Of a stretch of DNA of 64,000 nucleotides, positions 12,301 through 27,136 are shown piece by piece. The position numbers and the translations under genes are program-made. The first letter of the stretch is position 1. Every line of letters begins with the position of its first letter. The DNA is from Lytechinus pictus (Eukaryota), in the NCBI RefSeq assembly GCF_037042905.1, contig NC_087245.1, forward strand, positions 22,074,001 through 22,138,000, written 5' to 3'. The notes beneath the pieces were generated by a model. That model was not told the origin of the DNA. It was given only the letters and a program-made list of their open reading frames with translations, and searched no databases.

Positions 12301-15300
12301 TTGTAATGTGCAACACAGGAAGAAAAGGAACACATTTGATTAGAGAGTGAATAAACCATATTGATATCTAGAGGAGGAAAATTAATACAATATATTTATG
12401 TGTATAGTGCATTTTTTGTCATACTTACCTCTAAATCTAATGATACTAAGGATTTTTATTTGTTGTGTCCATCATAATTGTTTATTTTTAGCATTTCCAT
12501 TGAAAAAATTGATACATTATATTTTGATATATATTTTTTGAAAGAATTGTTGCAAATAAAAATAGAAAATCTAACTAACACCTTAAGCTACATGCTTAAA
12601 CATTATGTAATAATTAATTTGTATTCTTATTTAAAACCAGAAGTACATATTACCAGTAATACAAAAAAACAAAATCAAATAAATGATCCAGGGTATCACA
12701 TGTATATGTATAGCATGTGTTTGTAATGTACAACACAGGAGGAAAAGGAACACATTTGATTAGAGAGAGAATAAACCATATTGATATTTAGAGGAGGAAA
12801 ATCAATAAATCTCTGCAGCGAGAATGGATGGCAAGCTTTTCCAATCTAGTCCACCCAACAACTTACATGTAATGCCCCTTTCACATATCTGTGTGATGTG
12901 GATCGCATCTCTAGATGGTTGAATCTAAAGATTGCAAAATCGCACTTGCTTTATTTCCATGGATATCTGTGTTTATAATGCCCATGTCTGCAAGGCAAAA
13001 CTACTGTACCATTACAAAGAGTGATGATCCTTTTTTTTTTAAATGCTGAATCTAGGCACTGATTGTTTATTTTTGAAAAATAATTTGTAACAGAATGACC
13101 CAATCTAGATCAGGATTCAAAGTCAAACCATATTTTGAACAAATCTAACTGGCATCTGTGCTTTACACATATTTGATGAGAGAATAAGCAGTTCTGCTTG
13201 TGATATATCATACATGTTACATGTACAGTAGTTGGGAATCTTGGAATCAACCAGGGGGGTGTTTCACAAAGATTTAAGTATGACATAGGTCGCACTTAAA
13301 CGTCGACGCGTACATGATATGCAACGCGCAATCTTATTGATCAATGCGCAATAGTGCGCGTCCTCTTGGCATGATCTGACCAATGCTGTCATGCCTTTTA
13401 TACTGCGCGCAACTAGACATTTAAGTGCGACTCTAAGTCATACTTAAATCTTTGTGAAACACCCCCCTGCACAGATAGTGAATGCATCATTATTTTTCTC
13501 TTTCATGATTTTGTGCAGACTTGTCAATATCAAAGTGGGTTGATAAACCTACATGTACATGTACACTGTAAGATGGCAAAAAGTGTTCTATCCAGATTTC
13601 TTGGTCAACACCAAATAGAGTTCACTCCCCCATTTTAACCTAATTTGAAAATGGATACTATTTAAAGTGTATGATCACAAGTTGTTGGCAACTAAAAGCA
13701 ATGTTTCACTGAGTCACATTATACAGTGTACTGCCCTAAAACAAATCTGGCATTCAAGTGACTCATTAAAATATTGATTTATTTGCTTTTTACTTTGAAA
13801 AAAATTCTCCAGTCATTTTAGTTAATCATCAAATGTGTACTATTGTCAAGTTTGCTTTGTTACAAAAATCATTGACATTTTCGTTTGTAAACCCAAAGAA
13901 CATATCACTTGTGTATAATTCATGGAGTGGTATCCCTGGGTACTATACTGTAGGGGTTAGGGGTACTATTGACAGTGATTTACCCATAATTTGCTTCATT
14001 TTCGCCCCATATCAACTTCAACCTTTCATTTGGTGAACTGTTGTCTCCTATTTTGATTACCGTGCCTGACATCCGTGACCATCCATAACCCATAGGGGAC
14101 TCCGACTGGCCAGTGTATAGTTTGTTGCAGAAATCAATTTGGGATGCTAGGATGTCTAGGCGATACATTTGCTGCCTATGCAACAGCTATTGTACATAGC
14201 ATAATGTACTGCATTTTGTTGCCTTTATACTGCATTACTTTCAGTCTGATCAGGCCTTGGATGAAAATCAGTTCTTGTGGAATGTGTTCACACTATTTAC
14301 ACTGGCTACAATATATATTTTGGATGATGTGTCTTTAACACCTGACAGTTTTTGTAACATGTTCTTGATATCTTTTTTTAAAATCAGTTCTAGTGGGCTG
14401 TGTTCACACTATTCACAGTGGGTTCAATACATTTTGGATGATGTCATTCACACCTGACAGTTTTTATAATGTGTTCTTTTTTTGAAAATCAGTTCCAGTG
14501 GTCTGTGTTCGCATTATTCACACTGGCTACAGTATACAATACATTTTGGATGATGTCATTCACACCTGACAGCTGGACTTAATAAGGTGTTCGTACAATT
14601 ATACTGAACATTCACACCAAACTACTAGTAATCCGTGATGTTTTCATAAATATTTTGTTCTAAACAAATGGATGGATTTATTTTCAATGATTGATAAGGA
14701 TCCCTTTAATAATTGGATATTTGTACACAAATTGTGTCAATCATTACCCCTTGAAGCAAAATACAGTCAAATCTCCCTTTATAAGGCCACCCAAGTGAAA
14801 CAGAAAAAGTGACCAAGGTGGCCTATATATATAGGTTCTATAATTCATTTGAGTTGGGAAATAATTTTGGGGTAGCCTCTGAAGACAGGTTTTCACTACA
14901 GGTGGCCACTATATAGACAGGTTTGACTGTAGTTAATTTAATCCTATGAATGATCAATTAGTTATTAGCACTGAAGTGAAGATCACCTTGACAGAAAGTT
15001 CCTTGTAAAAATAGCAGAAAAGAGAAAAAAAAATATTGGTGAAAGTATCAGGAAAATCCATCACAGAAATGAAAAGTTATTAGAACTTTTTTTTTTTTAT
15101 GTCACGTGCAAGCAGCTTCCCCAAGTAAAAAAAAATCAATGAATATGAATAATCTTCTTTTTTTTTCAAAAATAAAATTGTTTTTAATGTACCTTCAGTA
15201 TATTAACAGACAAATCATTTCACTTCCTCTCCTGAAAGTGAAAGAAAAAAAGCGGTCATCCTTGATAAATTGAAATTCATCCATTTGATATTAATACATA

Positions 15301-18300
15301 CAGTGTTTTTATACTACATGTACAATGGGTGTTTGGTCACCATGGTTTTATGTAAATTCACTCTGCATCAAGAGTGTAACATGCATTTCATGCATTCATA
15401 TGTGATGCGGAAAATTAAAATTTCCTACCTCTCCTGACGTACACATACTACATTTATTACAACTCGGAGCCTACCATTCTGTGACAAAATAGGACTCAAT
15501 TTTGATATTTTGGGGATTTATGGACAAGTTACCAGCAGGGCTTTCATATAGTGAATATTCATACACAATTCACAGCAAAGGGTGAAATAAAAAGGACACA
15601 CACAACAATAAGGAATTATAAAACAAAAAGCCGCATATTTGTAAATAAATGAAGTATGAACACACTTTATGATTTTAATAGGATTCTTGTTTAACCCAGG
15701 GACGTGAGAGGGAGATCCAGCCTTCCTTAATGCCTTGAGGAATCTTCCTTTAGATCAATCGTCTTCACACTGGCCCCATCAAATAAAAGATTAAAAAAAT
15801 ACATGCAAATGGTAGGTCCTCTTTAATAAATAACAATAAATTTGGCAGGGATATCCCTGAGTTTGCAGGGATGATTGCAAAAAAAAGAGTAAAACCAAAG
15901 TACTGGATTCTAGAACATATTTTGGTGCGTGGTAATGTACATGGCCTACATAATATGTGTTTCCTTCCCGGGGGCCACTTCCATTGACGAGTCGATACCG
16001 CGCGCGACCATGGGGTCTCGAAAAGCACTGGCGTGTGAAACCCTACCCTTAACAAGTATTGGAGGCAAAACGATACCCTTGGCAAGTATTCTCTGAATTA
16101 AACCCCTAAACAGGTACAGCAATATTTTAATTATACGTTACAGACTTTGGTCGTCGGTTTTACCTAAGTTTACCTACATCATTGGGTTTAGTACAGCCCC
16201 ACCTCCTACACCTCGCGCAAATCGGACTCTAATCACGTAGTGTTGACTGTTGGGGCAAAAAGTACATCCTTTATAAAACATTTCAGTCTTTTTTATACCC
16301 TCACAAATTTGGCCCTAAACACAAAGCTTTCCGAGCGTAATACTTGTAAATACCCTTTTTTCATTATTTTAGTGTTTTGACACCCATATTATGTTGTCGT
16401 ACGTAACATGCCCTATCTTGAAAAAGACATCCTTTTTACGTGTTTTTTGGCCGCACATGGTATCCACTTGTCAATGCAAGTGCCCGCCCCCCTGGGTTTC
16501 CTTTTTAAAGGAATGCAAGAGTCTTATTGCTTGCTCATACATGTGTACATGTACATGTACCTGTATTTCAGGCAGGTGCAAATGCTAGAATAAGTTATCA
16601 GGATTTTTTTGTATGATGGATGGGTATAAATATTCCTGTAGATGAATGATGCAAATCACAAGTCTTCTTTCATTTCAGCGATATCAACCTCAATCTAGCT
16701 TCTTCCTCTGCATTGCCTCTAGGTATTTTCTCTATCTAATATCTTAGTGTTCACATATATCAGTTTACATACAAATATAAGGAAATAATAATAATAATGA
16801 TAGTTATACATATATATAGCGCTTATTACACTTTGTTTCTAAGCGCTTTACATTGTAATTGTTATTACCCCTGTCATCAGATCCTTGCATGCCGCACACA
16901 ATGTATGCACTTTCTCCACTCCGTACCGGGTACCCATTTAACACCTGCGTGGAGAGTGGCAAATTTTTGATTGACGCCTTGCCAAAGGACGCTAGGCCAC
17001 GGTGGGATTCAAACACACGACCCTCTGATTGCAAGGCGAGAGTCAGAACCTCTACCCCATGACGCTTCCACAGTACCCCTTTCACATGAACATGTATGAA
17101 AGACATCACAGATACTTTGATCTGTACAGCAACACCAACCAAATTATTTTTGTCTATTGGAATTTCTCTTGCTCCCTACTGATGTTGCACCATCTGTTTA
17201 AGCTTATGAAGGAAATCAGATAAAGCGAATAGACAGTGGATGGAGGAGGGGAGTATTGTTCTTTTTGCAAGTAAGTTGCTAAAATTCATCTGGCATTTAA
17301 TTAAAATTTAGTTTTCAACTCTAGATCCAATGGCTAGGTTGACAGGTTACCAGTATTCAGGTCTATCAAGACTAGAAGGCATGGCACCTAGCATCGCTTT
17401 TAAATAGGAGCTGAAATGGGTTATTAATCTAGACCCCCGTTTATTCTATAGGCTATTATACCCCTTTCCCATCTACATGTAGAACGTTTAGGATGGCATA
17501 ACTCTAGTGTCCTGCAGAAAATACATGTACATGTATGTACCAAGTATTAAAAGTGGTTGTTCAGGTCCAATTAGGGCTGACTTTAACTCTGGTTGAAAAT
17601 TTGACTGACCCTTTTGCCCAAATCAAAAGTCATGCAAAAATCCAGGTATTGCCAAATTATGTTTTTACCGACCCAAATCTTCACTTCGGTGAGAATCTTT
17701 CACAGGCAATAATCTTGGCAATTTAAAAGACTTGTGTCAGGCAGATTTTGGCTGGCAAACATAATGATCAAGATGTGAAAGGCGAATCATTGCAAAAAAT
17801 GGGATATCCATTAGCTGAAATTGAGCTTCTCACTCTTTATTTATTGCCTTTGGGTAGTAAAATGATTCATCATAGTTTAATATTTAACCATACCATACTT
17901 TTAACCTGGTCTTGAAAATGGGGGATATATTGTAAATTATCACCCGTATCAGACATCTGAGCTGGTCATTTACAAAACCGTATTTCCCTGTATTTTACTA
18001 TTATCAGGAAGGGATAGGTATATTGTTTGTATTTTCCTCGGTCTCAATGCGCGTATTGACTTTGCATGCAGAGACAACGCAAAATATACCTTTGTATTTT
18101 CCCTGGTTTCACATCCGGGCCTTTGCGGATGCGAATGAAGTGATACGCTTCATATTCCGCGCACCAACGATCTGCGTCATAATAAAGACAACGCTGGATC
18201 TGGGCGCTTGCAAGTACGTCATAATGGTAAAGTGCAGAGCCTAGACACTGATATTATCATGACAGAACAGAACTCTATTCTTAAAAGATATCATGATTTT

Positions 18301-21300
18301 TGCTCTAGATATCTGATTTGGATGATAATAAAAATATTGACTGCCCTTCTTTTGGGGAACATCAAATATATTGCCCTTAAGGACGTTCCACAGTTAAAGT
18401 GAAATCCATGTCATTTTCACCAAACTTTGCACATAGATACTTTAGAACCTTAATATTCGAAATATGCAAAAATTAACATAGGTCCATGTGCTTGATTTTT
18501 TGCTATAGAGCTTCAAAGTTCACCCAAATTGATGTTCTTAAAAATTGCGCATTCAAAAGAATTTGGCATTTTTAGACCACCCAAGATTACTACAATGAGT
18601 TTAAACCTCTATTACTCAGTCAAAATACATGAAAAAGTCATCAAATTTCGCAAGAGTGTTAATAATTGTATCGTTAGAATGGAGAATCTATTTATAGTGC
18701 TATTTGTTTGCAATTTTAAGTTTAACAGCACTGCCATTTTCTTAAAAATTGCATAAAAGATAACAAAATCCCAATCTAAAAAATGTGAAATTTCAGTTAC
18801 AAACTACAAACGTACAATAAATGCTGCACTTTATTCAAAATCCATGTCATTTTCACCAAAATTTGCAGAGTTGTAGAAGAAGGTATACCTAAGCGGTACA
18901 AACATTAAAAAATAGGGGTTCATGTGCTTGTTTTTAAACTATCAGCATTTTTATTAGAGCAAATGTGCTTTTTAAAACACCAAAAATGCGCCGAATGCTT
19001 TGTATCTATGTGAAGAAAAAATAAAAACCACTCTACCATTTATTCAAACTCGGGGTAATATTCGTGATTCTTGGCAGCACTGCAGAGTAAAGTATTTTGA
19101 AATTGTAGAGAATGTTTTTTTGAATGGTCCATGGAATAATTCCACTTTATAGCTTCATGAAATAACACATCGGATCTGCAGTTAAAGTGCAGAAGATGAG
19201 AAAAATCAGCTCATACCCGCAGCTAATTAATCACCTGTTCATCCATTGTGACGTCAGCGCGCAGAGTGTAAACTATGCGCAGATCATAATGCGCACAAAC
19301 ATAACTGTGGAACGTCCTTAAAAGACCCATATTGCCCTCGTCTAAAGACTCGGGCCAATATGATTCTTTTGCTGGCAATATATTTGATGTTCCCCTCAAG
19401 ACCAGTCAATATTAAATAATTAGTGCACTTCCTTTCAAAGGATGTAATAAACTATTCCACCATATTCCATTGATTGTAGCCATCCACGAAGTGTATTATA
19501 AAAATGAAAATAGAGAAAGGAAAGAGAGAGGCAATTTGCAATTATTAAATGATTTTTGTGAATACAAGCAAAATTCAGTAAACTAATTTTTACCATTATC
19601 ATTCTTTGCTCACCGGTGTTATGATCTCAATAGTATACCAATTAAAATGCAAACACCATGCACTCAGCCAATGATAGTTTTATTAGCCTTTGAATAGATA
19701 GTACAGCGCGCCACAATGAGTTTAGCAGGCATGATTCCATTAGATTCATCTGACAATAATTCAATATGCTCGTCAGGTGCAGGCTTGGTTCTTTGCCTGC
19801 ACCTTTTCTAAAATCTGTATTGCATACGCAATGTAGGAATGAGTCCAGGAATTCAATGTCAGATTTTTCATGTCTTTCTGTATTTCACTTCAACTCCTTT
19901 CAAATCATTTTTTTTTGGGGGGGGGGGGATTATGAAGACCAAATCATCTTGATAGATAATAGGAATCATCTCATCCCCTTTCCATTATCTCCCTTTCCAC
20001 TTCTTCCCCATCTCAATTTTCTCTCTTTAATTTGTTTCATTTTGTTTCTTTCCATTTTTTTGTCTCTATCAATGGATGTATTAGCTACATCTCTAATCAT
20101 TGTCTCTGAATTTCAGATAGAGATATATGATCTCTCTAAATTTACTGCATCAGGGTTGTTCCTTCCAGCACTGTGCTTCGGTGCTTTTAGCCTTATTGGC
20201 TTTCCAATTTTACCTCAGTGGTGGTTTAAAGGAACCTATCAAAAGATGTCATTTAAAAGCATGGTGCATCCCTCGTTGGAGTTGATGGTGTGAAGTATGG
20301 TCAATAATAGACTTGTATAGGCACTCTATATTCTGTTAAGAATGTTCTTATTACCTCCTTATCCCCCCTCCCCTCCCAATGAAACATTAATAGCTAAATT
20401 AACAAGAGACCCAACCTTTTATTCATGTTTCCTTCTATGTCTAGGACCACTGAATAATTTGATGTTCTCTTGTTTCACTTTTAAATCAATTTCTAAATTA
20501 TATGATAAAATCAAGATCAGGATCAATATTACCGGTAGTTCAAAATTGCTGGTTGCGGTGGGTTCTATTTACTACATTTACTACATTTACGTAGTTCAGA
20601 GGTCCATGTGTACACACTGTACTATGTAAATGTAGTTGGCCTGAAAATCTGCCTGAGATGTAAAAATTGTGACGAGAGGGGGGGGGGGGATAGTTGTATC
20701 TCACAGAAATCCCATCACATTAAATACAAATCACGGTTATACAATGTACTGCATCTCTCTTAAACTCCTTGTCTTGGATTATACATACTTTTAAAGACTA
20801 GTGTTACATTTATAAATGAAACCACTTTCAAATTCAATTCTCTAGTTCCCTTGAAAATATAATGTCTCATGAAATAAATGCACACTTTTTTTTCCCATAG
20901 AGCACTGTAAAGCATGGGGTTGCAGACACCAAATATGCCAGCGGTAATGGTTTCAGAAAATTAACTACCATATCCTCCTTCCTTCATCCTTCCTGAGCCC
21001 TTTCATTCTCTGATGGAGCTGCCCTTCTCCGACCCGGCTCCTGCACTTAGAGATATTAGCATTACAATCCTCAGCCCTCTAGATCTTGTTATATTGGATA
21101 AGAGGAAGGTGAAGCAGGGCTTTCATATTATCCTCCGCTCCTCCACTTCAATTATCCTCTGTCTTCCATTCTCGTTCTGTTTGCATTGTATCAGAGATCT
21201 CTGCATCTTACCTACTGCTCGAGCTGTACCATCTTTTTTTATTACTCAAGTGTGTTTAAGTGTGCCTTACTCAATAGTGGGCATACCAAACTAAAGTTGC

Positions 21301-24300
21301 ACCAGTATATTGCTTCTCAGAAGGGCACAATTCAAAACCACATCATTAATGTTTTAAAATCCTTGAATGTACATGTATTGGCAGATTACAGAAAAGGAGA
21401 ACAAAGTATTAAAAAAAATAATGTGTAAAGAACATGACACATAAACTGTATAGGTGTACTTGTACTTGTAGAAATAATAAGTAAGGAAAAGAGAGAGGGG
21501 GGGGGGTAGAGAGAGGAAGACAGAAGGGAAACATGAGAAAAATATATAGAGTGGAAGATACCAAGAGGTTGGGGGAAGACTGAGAAAAAGCAAGAAATAT
21601 AAAAGAATGAAAGGAAAAGGGAGGAGAGAGAGGGGATGGGGGTAAGAACTTACACATAGAACTATACTATTAAGGGAAAAGGAAAAGGCAATTTTGCCAA
21701 CAATAAATATACAAATAACTTTTCTTCTTTACAGTAGTATGTTTGAATACATGAAATTGTGAAACTGATTATTATAGACTTTCACCTCTTTTTCTATTTC
21801 ACTCATAATCATCCTGCTTACCTCCTATTTTTTTATGTAAAAATCTCAGTTACATGTACGTCCCATATGAAAAAGATATTCATGTATTTCCAATAGAGTT
21901 CTACTTGTTTGTAATTTACATTCATGGAATACTTTAAAACAAGATGACAAATCCGTATGTACATACATATTGACTGCATTATCCTCTAAGCCATTAATAC
22001 AGAGTTATCGTTATTGCTACGACATTTTGATGGATAGAGTACTTTATCGAAATGGCAGGCTGCATGATGAAGCTCATATAAGGAACTGAAAAGAAACATT
22101 AAGAAATTCCTGATGCTCTTTTCAAGATTTTCTCTAATTCACCTCTGATATTTAGTACTTTTGTTCATATGTAAAGAGTAAAATATTCAGCTTATTTGAG
22201 GAAAATTTATATGTACATCACCAATGCAATACTAGATTCTGAGTTGGAAAATGAAAAGAAGAATGGGTAGTCTACTTCAATCCAGAAGTAAAAGGTTGTC
22301 ATCAACTCAGTACATGACTAGATACAAGCCTGTCCACTGTAATAGTAGGGGTGATGTGATGATGGGGGAGGGAGGATGTCACGCCTGTAACCAGCCTACA
22401 TTGTACATTCAATGTACCTTTACCATTACAAAATGATTTTTATACATGGCTACTGCTCTACACTGCTACACAAGTTCATTTTGCCTGCCAAATGATATTG
22501 AAAACCAATATTACAACATTAGTATGAGAAAAATTGGCAATAATATAAGCAAATCACATGTGGCCAGAGACTTAAGAAGAAAGTTGTACGATTTCATCAT
22601 TATGTTTTCCAGTTTATATATCCAAAGTGTACATTATGCACATGATCCTTATTTCATTCCAGTTTTTGTAGGACATTACTTATATTTTTCTGTTAACTTT
22701 ATTTAAGAATTGGTCTGCAGTTAATACTTGTGACAATTTTTTTTTACCTCTGCAATATGTTATGACACTTCAGATTCCATTGACTTAGGAAGAAAATGTT
22801 GCCTAGCTTTGTTGCTGCGCTTATTTCAAATATTTTTTAAAGTTATTTATCTTTTTGTTTCTGTCTGTTTTCTTTCCAGTATCAAGATTCTGTATCAAGT
22901 CAGCTGTATGAGTTTTACCGGTCTGGACACCTAGAATTGAAGCGGTTCTGTATACAGTTTGTCCCCCTTCTAGTATGGCAGTATCTTCGTTCTATCGCAA
23001 TGCAAGAGGTAGGTGTGTTAAATTAGATACAGGTTTTGTTGGTATTTTACAAATTAAATTAGCCTTCAGTGGATCTTCTTGACATCACTAGGTGTATTCA
23101 CTCCTACCTGATCATGAAAATACCCATGATTATAAAACTTGTTCAGACCTCTTGCTGCTTTTAAAGCTACCCTATAATTGATTTTTGCACTTTTTTCTCT
23201 ATTTGTCCAGTACTTATAAGTTAACAAGGAGAGTCTCAAATTCATATGAAAGAATGCATTTTTCTTGCTTCATTTCAATAGTCATAAGTTTTAAGATCAC
23301 CATGCAAATTCCCTTTGACCTTGAAGAAACCCTCTTTGAAGTTCATGTAATTTTGAAAAGTACAAATTTATATACTAATAATTGGTGTTTTCTTTTAGGA
23401 ATATAGCAAGTACTTTGCTTTCACCGTGGCAAAATGCCAGGTATTTTCACTGATCGGGTGGGTGTGAAATTAGCCAATGATGAGGGAAGAAAATTGAGAT
23501 TCAGTTAATGTCTAGTCAGCAAGTTGTAATTTAATTCAGCTCATTAGTCAAGAAATAAATGAAATGAAGATATCCAGAGAGACCAGCTAGATAACTAGTA
23601 TGGCTGAAGATGAGAGACTCTCTTTGTTGTGGTGGTGGTGGTAATTTTGATTGATTTATTTGTTTTGATATATTTCCTGAGAAAAAAAAACAGTCCTATT
23701 CATCTGGCTTTTGAGGGATACTGACTGTAAAAACCTGTTTATCATCCTTCTCCATCCACTCCTACATGATATGTCTCAAAGCTTTTATACAGTATTTCTC
23801 AGTAAAAATAACACATGTCGTCAGGGTTAGATATATATCACAATCATCAAATATACATGTATTTTAACCAATTTGACACTTATTTTTATCATCTACTTGA
23901 TATTTGTTTATATTATCTATTCAAAACAGTCAATGTAAGAACCTTAGATAGAGTAAAATCTCTTCTTTGAATCAAAAGATGTAGGCCTACTGAACCATTT
24001 TAGTATTGTTGATTACAAACAGAAGCCTGTGCAAAAACTGTGAATCTGTATTCGTTTTCTTCAGAAACGTTTTAATGAAAGAAACATTAAAAAAATATAA
24101 CTCCCCCCCCACACACACACACACACACACTCAAGTTATGATTATAATGCTCTCTTTTACATCATTGCAGCCATCAGGAAGCCAATAAATTACAACACTC
24201 AAACAATCCTAAAAATGCTGTGCGAAACCTCCCAGACATTATTCTGAGCTGTTCATGCGACTAGTTTTGAAATATATTTTTAATGCTGCAGGCTGCTGGA

Positions 24301-27099
24301 AGATTGATTCAGAAGAATATATGAATATCATTCCATACCACCTGTTTATAAACAATTTTTTCCAAGTCTGATCTAAGGAAAGAAAAGAGAAGATTCTGTT
24401 TCAATTTAATGAGGATTAGTCCTGCAGTGTATTCCTTGTTGAATATTTCATAGACAGGTCTTGTCAGAGTTCTTATGAGGTTTGGGGATTTGCAACGGAA
24501 GCTCTGTGGTCATTTTACATAGCCACAACATGTATTGATGAGATAGAAAGATGCATTATTGGCCTACTTTATTGTCAGCTGATGCTTGGCTCTTAGAACC
24601 AGTTCAGACCAGAGAAAATTAACTCTCCACAAAAGAATAGTTTGCAACAAATGTTACAACACCCTCTATTATTTTTTTTTTAATAATGTTATAGAATGGT
24701 TTAAATGAAATTGTATTGTTTTATACTCTGATTACAATCAATGACACATCAAAGAACAGATTAGGCAATGTCAAGTGTATGCACTCAATGATTTACTCAA
24801 CTTTTGTAAATTACCTTCTTTCAGAAAAACGGCATGAAGTATTTAAATAGAAAGTACTCCAAAACCTGTGTATCACATGATAATGGATAACAAGCGGGAT
24901 TAAGAATATGCATCTTATACCCCTTTCATAAACCCAATAAAACACAATTATGCGGCTAATAGCAGCATAATTTGGTCGTAAAATCAGAGGAGGACAAGAG
25001 TTATCCGCATTATTCTGATGCTGCTATTATCCGCATAATAGCGGCATCGGGACAAGATTTTGAGTTTATGAACGTATTTCCAAATAATGCGGATAATTGC
25101 CATGGTGCGGTCACAAGGTCACCCTTTTCCAACACAACCGCATCGGAGCGGGCGTGTCCAGTTGTCATGACGATTATCCGCCTTTTTCAGGACGGGCGCT
25201 CGTAAAAATAATGCGGATAATTTTCGGAGTTTGTGAACGCAATTTTTATTGAATTATCCGCATTACTCTTAGGCGGCTAATTGGAGGATAGGTTTTATTG
25301 GGTTTATGAAAGGGGTATTATTCGCATTTGTATTCCCCGAGAGAGAATTATGGAAAGATAAATTTCCACATTTACATGCAGATGTTGGCTTTACCTCTTT
25401 GGTTCTTTACTTTCACCTCTGTGATTGTGAAATTCTGTTGCATGCTGGTATGTTTTATTTTATGAGGTTATAAATTGTTTATTCTTACATGTATATCTAG
25501 AATTTGGCATTTCAAAGAAATTGAAAAGAAATACCCATATATAAAAGGATGTAGGCCTACAGAGTAAAGAAAAAAAAAATGATTTACATGTACATGTATG
25601 CCAACATTTATAATGATCGTAAATTGATGTGAGATATGAATGAAAAATGTTTGAAAGAAGGAAAACAATTTTTTTCAGGAAATTTATGCAGATCTGCATT
25701 CAAACACAAATTATATGAACAGTAGGTGTACATGTACATTGAATAAATCATATTTCTGTACGTACAGTACTCAAAGGACAAAGACATTTATACCAGTACA
25801 GACACAAGTCTTGTTGATCATAGAGATGAAACTGTTGCCAATATACATGTACATGTATTCATTTCCACTTGATAAATCCCTTTACCTAGATTTTACCTTA
25901 TATGGGTCATGGTTATTTCAGGACGATTGATTTTGTATTACAGCAACTTGGATAACTTTTACACTTGACTGGAGTTACCGGTACCGTGCTTTCAACCATG
26001 TTACAACATATTACATGTAAATGCATTCACACCTGTCTGTTTAGGAATAATACAAGTACTTGTAAAATAATAATGAGAACTTGCTCTGGACTCATAAAAC
26101 CCAAATAGTATTTCTTGAAATTATGAAAAATGCACATTTCTTGAAAAGAAAAATTGCACATTTTCTACATGTATGTCTCATGCAACCAAGGAAAATATCC
26201 CTGCAAAATTTCTTGTAACTTTTAGAAATAACGTACTAATTTGCCAGTGACTTCACATCACTTTTGAAGATATCATTAATACTTTGCTTTCACTCAGGAA
26301 AATACCTGGCATTTTTTAATAGATAGGTATGAGAGCACCTTTGTATGTGAAAAGCTTCCTTCAAAAATCAGAGATGCCAAATTACTGACTTTTGCCTGAA
26401 TTCAGGCCCTGAAAACTTCCCATTGCAGGCATTTTCAGGCTTTATAATTTACAGCACATATGGGTCCAGGATTTAAAATGTTCTGCATTCTTTTCAGGCT
26501 CAGTGAGTAAAACTGACTGGTATCCATAGAAGGATAGATGAAGTAGACTGAAATGTACATTGAAATAAAACCTCAATAAGGCCGTCTGCACCATCCCGAG
26601 TTTTCAAATTAGCGCGCTATTTCTGATCCGGCAAATTATCCCGATCAGAAAAATCTTGAGATTGTTTGCAGTGCAGACGCAATTATCGCGCTAGTTCGTA
26701 GGATTAATCTCGAGATTGCAATCCCAAGTCAACTCGGGTTTATTTGCAAAATAGCGCGCTATTTCACGAATTATCCCGCTAATTCGTGGGTGCAGACGCA
26801 CTCGAGATTGGACTCGGGGTAATTTATTCATGACGTCAGTCCATAATGCAATTCACGTTCCACTTCCGCCTTGGTCAAAACATAAACACGTGCGAAAGTC
26901 AACTTTATACATGCGAATACATTATCGCGAATAGCGTTCATCAATTCCCCAATCAGCAACGATGGTGTCCCACCAGTGAAGGATAGTTGGGAGAGACCAG
27001 ACCGATGGGGGAGGCGCTCATTATCGACGATGGTCATAGTAACACTGACAGCAGTGTCGTCTTATTCCTTCGCAAAATGTGAGCAAATAGCATTTCTTT

Positions 27100-27136
<37 letters not shown>

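Larger units (their letters stand above)
8547..12805. repeat. Tandem array of ~415-421-bp AT-rich units (about 6 copies), interrupted by a Penelope-like insertion
   Basis: Near-identical units start near 8547, 8969, 11120, 11541, 11956 and 12377. The repeated MCIVHFLSYLPL ORFs reflect this periodicity. Confidence 0.95.

Noticed and set aside
8567..12726. Repeated MCIVHFLSYLPLNLMIL... ORFs resembling a tandem gene family
   Set aside because: They are by-products of the AT-rich 420-bp tandem repeat, with variable stops and frames, no domain similarity and an intronic location.
8547..12805. CRISPR-like array
   Set aside because: Units are long and contiguous with no unique spacers, and the context is eukaryotic.
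19766..20293. 175-aa hydrophobic ORF
   Set aside because: Runs through T and G homopolymers and pyrimidine tracts, with no recognisable motif or exon structure.
23930..26502. Candidate 5-nt microexons (AG-TCAAT-GTAAGA at 23930; AG-GCTCA-GTGAGT at 26498)
   Set aside because: Not frame-preserving alone or together; probably chance matches.
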